Shown in pieces: positions 52,701-63,247 of a DNA stretch of 64,000 nt (position 1 is its first letter; every line of letters begins with the position of its first letter). The DNA is from Eledone cirrhosa (lineage: Eukaryota): contig OZ024740.1 in the NCBI GenBank assembly GCA_964016885.1, positions 39,494,001 through 39,558,000 on the forward strand. Direction: 5' to 3'. Under the pieces are notes generated by a model that saw only the letters and a program-made list of their open reading frames with translations, was not told the origin of the DNA and did no database searches. A program made the translations under genes and the position numbers.

Positions 52701-55700
52701 GCTACATTAAAGAGGTGTAATTAGGGTGGTTCATTAAAAAGTGTAGTTAGTGTGGTATATTAAAGAGGTGTAATTAGTGTGGTATATTAAAAAGGTGTAA
52801 TTAGGGTGGTTCATTAAAAAGTGTAGTTAGTGTGGTATATTAAAAAGGTGTAGTTAGTGTAGTATATTAAAGTGGTGTAATTAGTGTGGTATATTAAAGA
52901 GATGTAATTAGTGTGGTATATTAAAGAGGTGCAATTAGTGTGGTATATTAAAGAGGTGCAATTAGTGTGGTATATTAAAGAGGTACAATTAGTGTGGTAT
53001 ATTAAAAGCGGTGTAATTAGTGTGATATATTAAAGAGGTGTAATTATTGTGGTACATTAAAGAGTTGTAATTAGTGAGGTATATTAAAGAGGTGTTATTA
53101 GTGTGGTATATTAAAGAGGTGTCGTTAGTGTGGTATATTAAAGAGGTGTAGTTAGAGTGGTAAATTAGAGATGTGTAGTTAGTCAGGTTTATTAGAGAAG
53201 TGTAATTAGTGTGGTATAATAAAGAGGTGTAATTAGTGTGGTATATTAAAGAGGTGTAATTAGTGTGGTACATTAAAGAGTTGTAATTAGTGTGGTATAT
53301 TAAAGAGATGTAGTTAGTGTGGTATATTAAAGAGGTGCAATTAGTGTGGTATATTAAAGAAAGTGTAGTTAGTGTGGTATATTAAAGAGGTGTAATTAGT
53401 GTGGTACATTAAAGAGGTGTAATTAGTGTGGTATATTAAAGAGGTGTAGTTAGTGTGGTATATTTAAGAGGTGCAATTAGTGTGGTATATTAAAGACGTG
53501 CAATTATTGTGGTATATTAAAGAGGTGTAGTTAGTGTGGTACATTAAAGAGGTACAATTACAGTGGTATATTAAAGAGGTGTAGTTAGTGTGGTACATTA
53601 AAGAGGTGTAATTAGTGTGGTATATTAAAGAAGTGTAGTTAGTGTGGTATATTAAAGAAATGTAGTTAGTATGGTATATTAAAGAGGTGTAATTAGTGTG
53701 GTATATTAAAGAGGTGCAATTACTGTGGTACATTAAAGAGGTGTAATTAGTGTGGTATATTAAAGAGGTTCAGTTAGTGTGGTATGTTAAAGAGGTGTAA
53801 TTAGTGTGGTACATTAAAGAGGTCCAATTAGTGTGCTACATTAAAGAGCTGTAATTAGGGTGGTTCATTAAATAGTGTAGTTAGTGTGGTATATTAAAGA
53901 GGTGTAATTAGTGTCGTATATTAAAGAGGTGCAGTTAGTGTGGTATATTAAAGAGGTGTAATTAGTGTGGTATATTAAACAGGTGTAATTAGTGTGGTAC
54001 ATTAAAGAAGTGTAATTAGTGTGGTATATTAAAGAGGTGCAATTAGTGTGGTATATTAAAGAGGTGCAATTAGTGTGGTATATTAAAGAGGTGTAATTAG
54101 TGTAGTACATAAAAAGAGTTGTAATTAGTGTGGTATATTAAAGAGGTGCAATTAGTGTGGTATATTTAAGAGGTGTAATTTGTGTGGTACATTAAAAAGG
54201 TGTAATTAGTGTGGTATATTAAAGAGGTGCAATTACTGTGGTATATTAAAGAGGTGTAGTTAGTGTGGTATATTAAAGAGGTGTAGTTAGTGTGGTATAT
54301 TAAAGAGGTGTACTTAATGTGGTACATTAAAAATGTGTAATTAGTGTGGTATATTAAAGAGGTGTAGTTAGTGTGGTATATTAAAGAGGTGTAATTAGTG
54401 TGGTACGTTAAAGAGTTGTAATTAGTGTGGTATATTAAAGAGGTGTAATTAGTGTGGTATATTAAAGAGGTGCAATTAGTGTGGTATATTAAAGAGGTGT
54501 AATTTGTGTGGTACATTAAATAGGTGTAATTAGTGTGGTATATTAAAGAGGTGCAATTACTGTGGTATATTAAAGAGGTGTAGTTAGTGTGGTATATTAA
54601 AGAGGTGTAGTTAGTGTGGTATATTAAAGAGGTGTACTTAATGTGGTCCATTAAAAATGTATAATTAGTGTGGTATATTAAAGAGGTGTAGTTAGTGTGG
54701 TATATTAAAGAGGTGTAATTAGTGTGGTACGTTAAAGAGTTGTAATTAGTGTGGTATATTAAAGAGGTGTAGTTAGTGTGGTATATTAAAGAGGTGCAAT
54801 TAGTGTGGTATATTAAAGAAAGTGTAGTTAGTCTGGTATATTAAAGAGGTGTAATTAGTGTGGTACATTAAAGAGGTGTAATTAGTGTGGTATATTAAAG
54901 AGGTGTAGTTAGAGTGGTATATTAAAGAGGTGCAATTATTGTGGTATATTAAAGAGGTGCAATTAGTGTTGTATATTAAAGAGGTGTAGTTAGTGTGGTA
55001 CATTAAAGAGGTGCAATTACTGTGGTATATTAAAGAGGTGTAGTTAGTGTGGTACATTAAAGAGGTGTAATTAGTGTGGTATATTGAAGAAGTGTAGTTA
55101 GTGTGGTATATTAAAGAGGTGTAGTTAGTATGGTATATTAAAGAGGTGTAATAAGTGTGGTATATTAAAGAGGTGTAGTTAGTGTGGTATATTAAAGAGG
55201 TGTAATTAGGGTGGTACATTAAAGAGGTGTAATTAGTGTGGTATATTAAAGAGATGTCGTTAGTGTGGTATATTAAAGAGGTGCAATTAGTGTGGTATAT
55301 TAAAGAGGTGCAATTAGTGTGTTATATTAAAGAGGCGTAATTAGTGTGGTACATTAAAGAGGTGCAATTAGTGTGGTATATTAAAGAGGTGTAATTAGTG
55401 TGGTATATTAAAGATGTTCAATTAGTGTGGTATATTAAAGAGGTGTAGTTTGTCTGATACATTAAAGAGGTGTAATTAGTGTGGTATATTAAAGAGGTGT
55501 AATTAGGGTGGTACATTAAAGAGGTGTAATTAGTGTGGTATATTAAAGAGGTGTTATTAGTGTGGTACATTAAAGAAGTGTAATTAGTGTGGTACATTAA
55601 AGAGGTGTAATTAGGGTGGTACATCAAAGAAGTGTAGTTAGTGTGGTATATTAAAGAGGTGTAGTTAGTGTGGTACATTAAAGAGGTGAAATTAGTGTCG

Positions 55701-56099
55701 TATATTAAAGAGGTGCAATTAGTGTGACATATTAAAGAGGTGTAATTAGTGTGATATATTAAAGAGGTGCAATTAGTGTCGTATATTAAAGAGGTGTAGT
55801 TAGTGTGGTACACTAAAGAAGTGTAATTAGTGTGGTATATTAAAGAGGTGCAATTAGTGTGATATATTAAAGAGGTGCAATTAGTGTGGTATATTAAAGA
55901 CGTGCAATTAGTGTGGTATATTAAAGAGGTGTAATTAGTATAGTACATAAAAAGAGTTGTAATTAGTGTGGTATATTAAAGAGGTGCAATTAGTGTGGTA
56001 TATTAAAGAGGTGTAATTTGTGTGGTACATTAAAAAGGTGTAATTAGTGTGGTATATTAAAGAGGTGCAATTACTGTGGTATATTAAAGAGGTGTAGTT

Positions 56100-59000
56100 A
56101 GTGTGGTATATTAAAGAGGTGTAGTTAGTGTGGTATATTAAAGAGGTGTACTTAATGTGGTACAATAAAAATATGTGTAATTAGTGTGGTATATTAAAGA
56201 GGTGTAGTTAGTGTATATTAAAGAGGTGTAATTAGTGTGGTACGTTAAATAGTTGTAATTAGTGTGGTATATTAAAGAGGTTTAGTTAGTGTGGTATATT
56301 AAAGAGGTGCAATTAGTGTGGGATATTAAAGAAAGTGTAGTTAGTCTGGTATATTAAAGAAGAGTAATTAGTGTGGTATATTAAAGAGGTGCAATTAGTG
56401 TGGTATATTAAAGAGGTGCAATTAGTGTGGTATATTAAAGAGGTGTAATTAGTGTAGTACATAAAAAGAGTTGTAATTAGTGTGGTATATTAAAGAGGTG
56501 CAATTAGTGTGGTATATTTAAGAGGTGTAATTTGTGTGGTACATTAAAAAGGTGTAATTAGTGTGGTATATTAAAGAGGTGCAATTACTGTGGTATATTA
56601 AAGAGGTGTAGTTAGTGTGGTATATTAAAGAGGTGTAGTTAGTGTGGTATATTAAAGAGGTGTACTTAATGTGGTACATTAAAAATGTGTAATTAGTGTG
56701 GTATATTAAAGAGGTGTAGTTAGTGTGGTATATTAAAGAGGTGTAATTAGTGTGGTACGTTAAAGAGTTGTAATTAGTGTGGTATATTAAAGAGGTGTAA
56801 TTAGTGTGGTATATTAAAGAGGTGCAATTAGTGTGGTATATTAAAGAGGTGTAATTTGTGTGGTACATTAAATAGGTGTAATTAGTGTGGTATATTAAAG
56901 AGGTGCAATTACTGTGGTATATTAAAGAGGTGTAGTTAGTGTGGTATATTAAAGAGGTGTAGTTAGTGTGGTATATTAAAGAGGTGTACTTAATGTGGTC
57001 CATTAAAAATGTATAATTAGTGTGGTATATTAAAGAGGTGTAGTTAGTGTGGTATATTAAAGAGGTGTAATTAGTGTGGTACGTTAAAGAGTTGTAATTA
57101 GTGTGGTATATTAAAGAGGTGTAGTTAGTGTGGTATATTAAAGAGGTGCAATTAGTGTGGTATATTAAAGAAAGTGTAGTTAGTCTGGTATATTAAAGAG
57201 GTGTAATTAGTGTGGTACATTAAAGAGGTGTAATTAGTGTGGTATATTAAAGAGGTGTAGTTAGAGTGGTATATTAAAGAGGTGCAATTAGTGTGGTATA
57301 TTAAAGAGGTGCAATTAGTGTTGTATATTAAAGAGGTGTAGTTAGTGTGGTACATTAAAGAGGTGCAATTACTGTGGTATATTAAAGAGGTGTAGTTAGT
57401 GTGGTACATTAAAGAGGTGTAATTAGTGTGGTATATTAAAGAAGTGTAGTTAGTGTGGTATATTAAAGAGGTGTAGTTAGTATGGTATATTAAAGAGGTG
57501 TAATAAGTGTGGTATATTAAAGAGGTGTAGTTAGTGTGGTATATTAAAGAGGTGCAATTAGTGTGGTATATTAAAGAGGTGTAATTAGTGTGGTATATTA
57601 AAGAGGTGTAATTAGTGTGGTACATTAAAGAGGTGTAATTAGGGTGGTACATTAAAAAGTGTAGTTAGTGTGGTATATTAAAGAGGTGCAATTAGTGTGG
57701 TATATTAAAGAGGTGTAATTAGTATGGTATATTAAAGAGGTGTAATTAGTGTGGTACATTAAAGAGATCCAATTAGTGTGCTACATTAAAGAGGTGTAAT
57801 TAGGGTGGTTCATTAAAAAGTGTAGTTAGTGTGGTATATTAAAGAGGTGTAATTAGTGTGGTATATTAAAAAGGTGTAATTAGGGTGGTTCATTAAAAAG
57901 TGTAGTTAGTGTGGTATATTAAAAAGGTGTAGTTAGTGTAGTATATTAAAGCGGTGTAATTAGTGTGGTATATTAAAGAGATGTAATTAGTGTTGTATAT
58001 TAAAGAGGTGCAATTAGTGTGGTATATTAAAGAGGTGCAATTAGTGTGGTATATTAAAGAGGTGTAGTTAGTGTGGTATATTAAAGAGGTGTACTTAATG
58101 TGGTACAATAAAAATATGTGTAATTAGTGTGGTATATTAAAGAGGTGTAGTTAGTGTATATTAAAGAGGTGTAATTAGTGTGGTACGTTAAATAGTTGTA
58201 ATTAGTGTGGTATATTAAAGAGGTTTAGTTAGTGTGGTATATTAAAGAGGTGCAATTAGTGTGGGATATTAAAGAAAGTGTAGTTAGTCTGGTATATTAA
58301 AGAAGAGTAATTAGTGTGGTATATTAAAGAGGTGCAATTAGTGTGGTATATTAAAGAGGTGCAATTAGTGTGGTATATTAAAGAGGTGTAATTAGTGTAG
58401 TACATAAAAAGAGTTGTAATTAGTGTGGTATATTAAAGAGGTGCAATTAGTGTGGTATATTTAAGAGGTGTAATTTGTGTGGTACATTAAAAAGGTGTAA
58501 TTAGTGTGGTATATTAAAGAGGTGCAATTACTGTGGTATATTAAAGAGGTGTAGTTAGTGTGGTATATTAAAGAGGTGTAGTTAGTGTGGTATATTAAAG
58601 AGGTGTACTTAATGTGGTACATTAAAAATGTGTAATTAGTGTGGTATATTAAAGAGGTGTAGTTAGTGTGGTATATTAAAGAGGTGTAATTAGTGTGGTA
58701 CGTTAAAGAGTTGTAATTAGTGTGGTATATTAAAGAGGTGTAATTAGTGTGGTATATTAAAGAGGTGCAATTAGTGTGGTATATTAAAGAGGTGTAATTT
58801 GTGTGGTACATTAAATAGGTGTAATTAGTGTGGTATATTAAAGAGGTGCAATTACTGTGGTATATTAAAGAGGTGTAGTTAGTGTGGTATATTAAAGAGG
58901 TGTAGTTAGTGTGGTATATTAAAGAGGTGTACTTAATGTGGTCCATTAAAAATGTATAATTAGTGTGGTATATTAAAGAGGTGTAGTTAGTGTGGTATAT

Positions 59001-59900
59001 TAAAGAGGTGTAATTAGTGTGGTACGTTAAAGAGTTGTAATTAGTGTGGTATATTAAAGAGGTGTAGTTAGTGTGGTATATTAAAGAGGTGCAATTAGTG
59101 TGGTATATTAAAGAAAGTGTAGTTAGTCTGGTATATTAAAGAGGTGTAATTAGTGTGGTACATTAAAGAGGTGTAATTAGTGTGGTATATTAAAGAGGTG
59201 TAGTTAGTGTGGTACATTAAAGAGGTGCAATTACTGTGGTATATTAAAGAGGTGTAGTTAGTGTGGTACATTAAAGAGGTGTAATTAGTGTGGTATATTA
59301 AAGAAGTGTAGTTAGTGTGGTATATTAAAGAGGTGTAGTTAGTATGGTATATTAAAGAGGTGTAATAAGTGTGGTATATTAAAGAGGTGTAGTTAGTGTG
59401 GTATATTAAAGAGGTGCAATTAGTGTGGTATATTAAAGAGGTGTAATTAGTGTGGTATATTAAAGAGGTGTAATTAGTGTGGTACATTAAAGAGGTGTAA
59501 TTAGGGTGGTACATTAAAAAGTGTAGTTAGTGTGGTATATTAAAGAGGTGCAATTAGTGTGGTATATTAAAGAGGTGTAATTAGTATGGTATATTAAAGA
59601 GGTGTAATTAGTGTGGTACATTAAAGAGATCCAATTAGTGTGCTACATTAAAGAGGTGTAATTAGGGTGGTTCATTAAAAAGTGTAGTTAGTGTGGTATA
59701 TTAAAGAGGTGTAATTAGTGTGGTATATTAAAAAGGTGTAATTAGGGTGGTTCATTAAAAAGTGTAGTTAGTGTGGTATATTAAAAAGGTGTAGTTAGTG
59801 TAGTATATTAGAGCGGTGTAATTAGTGTGGTATATTAAAGAGATGTAATTAGTGTTGTATATTAAAGAGGTGCAATTAGTGTGGTATATTAAAGAGGTGC
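56100..59900. repeat. Tandem duplication of about 1,943 bp (72 monomers - 1 bp)
   Basis: TACAATAAAAATATGTG at 56161/58104. ORFs 56518/58461 and 57152/59095 share the offset, which falls to 1,862 (3 monomers fewer) at 57652/59514. Confidence 0.85.
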
Positions 59901-62900
59901 AATTAGTGTGGTATATTAAAGAGGTACAATTAGTGTGGTATATTAAAAGCGGTGTAATTAGTGTGATATATTAAAGAGGTGTAATTATTGTGGTACATTA
60001 AAGAGTTGTAATTAGTGAGGTATATTAAAGAGGTGTTATTAGTGTGGTATATTAAAGAGGTGTCGTTAGTGTGGTATATTAAAGAGTTGTAGTTAGAGTG
60101 GTAAATTAGAGATGTGTAGTTAGTCAGGTTTATTAGAGAAGTGTAATTAGTGTGGTATAATAAAGAGGTGTAATTAGTGTGGGATATTAAAGAGATGTAG
60201 TTAGTGTGGTATATTAAAGAGGTGCAATTAGTGTGGTATATTAAAGAAAGTGTAGTTAGTGTGGTATATTAAAGAGGTGTAATTAGTGTGGTACATTAAA
60301 GAGGTGTAATTAGTGTGGCATATTAAAGAGGTGTAGTTAGTGTGGTATATTTAAGAGGTGCAATTAGTGTGGTATATTAAAGACGTGCAATTATTGTGGT
60401 ATATTAAAGAGGTGTAGTTAGTGTGGTACATTAAAGAGGTACAATTACAGTGGTATATTAAAGAGGTGTAGTTAGTGTGGTACATTAAAGAGGTGTAATT
60501 AGTGTGGTATATTAAAGAAGTGTAGTTAGTGTGGTATATTAAAGAAATGTAGTTAGTATGGTATATTAAAGAGGTGTAATTAGTGTGGTACATTAAAGAG
60601 GTGCAATTAGTGTGGTATATTAAAGAGGTGTAGTTAGTGTGGTACATTAAAGAGGGGTAATTAGTGTGGTATATTAAAGAAGTGTAGTTAGTGTGGTATA
60701 TTAAAGAGGTGTAGTTAGTGTGGTATATTAAAGAGGTGTAATTAGTGTGGTATATTAAAGAGGTGCAATTACTGTGGTACATTAAAGAGGTGTAATTAGT
60801 GTGGTATATTAAAGAGGTTCAGTTAGTGTGGTATATTAAAGAGGTGTAATTAGTGTGGTACATTAAAGAGGTCCAATTAGTGTGCTACATTAAAGAGGTG
60901 TAATTAGGGTGGTTCATTAAAAAGTGTAGTTAGTGTGGTATATTAAAGAGGTGTAATTAGTGTCGTATATTAAAGAGGTGCAGTTAGTGTGGTATATTAA
61001 AGAGGTGTAATTAGTGTGGTATATTAAACAGGTGTAATTAGTGTGGTACATTAAAGAAGTGTAATTAGTGTGGTATATTAAAGAGGTGCAATTAGTGTGG
61101 TATATTAAAGAGGTGCAATTAGTGTGGTATATTAAAGAGGAGTAATTAGTGTAGTACATAAAAAGAGTTGTAATTAGTGTGGTATATTAAAGAGGTGCAA
61201 TTAGTGTGGTATATTTAAGAGGTGTAATTTGTGTGGTACATTAAAAAGGTGTAATTAGTGTGGTATATTAAAGAGGTGCAATTACTGTGGTATATTAAAG
61301 AGGTGTAGTTAGTGTGGTATATTAAAGAGGTGTAGTTAGTGTGGTATATTAAAGAGGTGCAATTAGTGTGGTATATTAAAGAGGTGTAATTTGTGTGGTA
61401 CATTAAATAGGTGTAATTAGTGTGGTATATTAAAGAGGTGCAATTACTGTGGTATATTAAAGAGGTGTACTTAGTGTGGTATATTAAAGAGGTGTAGTTA
61501 GTGTGGTATATTAAAGAGGTGTACTTAATGTGGTCCATTAAAAATGTATAATTAGTGTGGTATATTAAAGAGGTGTAGTTAGTGTGGTATATTAAAGAGG
61601 TGTAATTAGTGTGGTACGTTAAAGAGTTGTAATTAGTGTGGTATATTAAAGAGGTGTAGTTAGTGTGGTATATTAAAGAGGTGCAATTAGTGTGGTATAT
61701 TAAAGAAAGTGTAGTTAGTCTGGTATATTAAAGAGGTGTAATTAGTGTGGTACATTAAAGAGGTGTAATTAGTGTGGTATATTAAAGAGGTGTAGTTAGA
61801 GTGGTATATTAAAGAGGTGCAATTATTGTGGTATATTAAAGAGGTGCAATTAGTGTTGTATATTAAAGAGGTGTAGTTAGTGTGGTACATTAAAGAGGTG
61901 CAATTACTGTGGTATATTAAAGAGGTGTAGTTAGTGTGGTACATTAAAGAGGTGTAATTAGTGTGGTATATTGAAGAAGTGTAGTTAGTGTGGTATATTA
62001 AAGAGGTGTAGTTAGTATGGTATATTAAAGAGGTGTAATAAGTGTGGTATATTAAAGAGGTGTAGTTAGTGTGGTATATTAAAGAGGTGTAATTAGGGTG
62101 GTACATTAAAGAGGTGTAATTAGTGTGGTATATTAAAGAGATGTCGTTAGTGTGGTATATTAAAGAGGTGCAATTAGTGTGGTATATTAAAGAGGTGCAA
62201 TTAGTGTGTTATATTAAAGAGGCATAATTAGTGTGGTACATTAAAGAGGTGCAATTAGTGTGGTATATTAAAGAGGTGTAATTAGTGTGGTATATTAAAG
62301 ATGTTCAATTAGTGTGGTATATTAAAGAGGTGTAGTTTGTCTGATACATTAAAGAGGTGTAATTAGTGTGGTATATTAAAGAGGTGTAATTAGGGTGGTA
62401 CATTAAAGAGGTGTAATTAGTGTGGTATATTAAAGAGGTGTTATTAGTGTGGTACATTAAAGAAGTGTAATTAGTGTGGTACATTAAAGAGGTGTAATTA
62501 GGGTGGTACATTAAAGAAGTGTAGTTAGTGTGGTATATTAAAGAGGTGTAGTTAGTGTGGTACATTAAAGAGGTGAAATTAGTGTCGTATATTAAAGAGG
62601 TGCAATTAGTGTGACATATTAAAGAGGTGTAATTAGTGTGGTATATTAAAGAGGTGCAATTAGTGTCGTATATTAAAGAGGTGTAGTTAGTGTGGTACAT
62701 TAAAGAAGTGTAATTAGTGTGGTATATTAAAGAGGTGCAATTAGTGTGATATATTAAAGAGGTGCAATTAGTGTGGTATATTAAAGACGTGCAATTAGTG
62801 TGGTATATTAAAGAGGTGTAATTAGTATAGTACATAAAAAGAGTTGTAATTAGTGTGGTATATTAAAGAGGTGCAATTAGTGTGGTATATTAAAGAGGTG

Positions 62901-63247
62901 TAATTTGTGTGGTACATTAAAAAGGTGTAATTAGTGTGGTATATTAAAGAGGTGCAATTACTGTGGTATATTAAAGAGGTGTAGTTAGTGTGGTATATTA
63001 AAGAGGTGTAGTTAGTGTGGTATATTAAAGAGGTGTACTTAATGTGGTACAATAAAAATATGTGTAATTAGTGTGGTATATTAAAGAGGTGTAGTTAGTG
63101 TATATTAAAGAGGTGTAATTAGTGTGGTACGTTAAATAGTTGTAATTAGTGTGGTATATTAAAGAGGTTTAGTTAGTGTGGTATATTAAAGAGGTGCAAT
63201 TAGTGTGGGATATTAAAGAAAGTGTAGTTAGTCTGGTATATTAAAGA
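59700..63247. repeat. Copy of ~52.8-56.36 kb at offset about 6,887 bp
   Basis: ORF pairs 53464/60351, 54800/61687, 55418/62305 and 55935/62822 are all offset by 6,887. The offset is locally 7,049 (6 monomers more) at 53868/60917. Confidence 0.87.
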
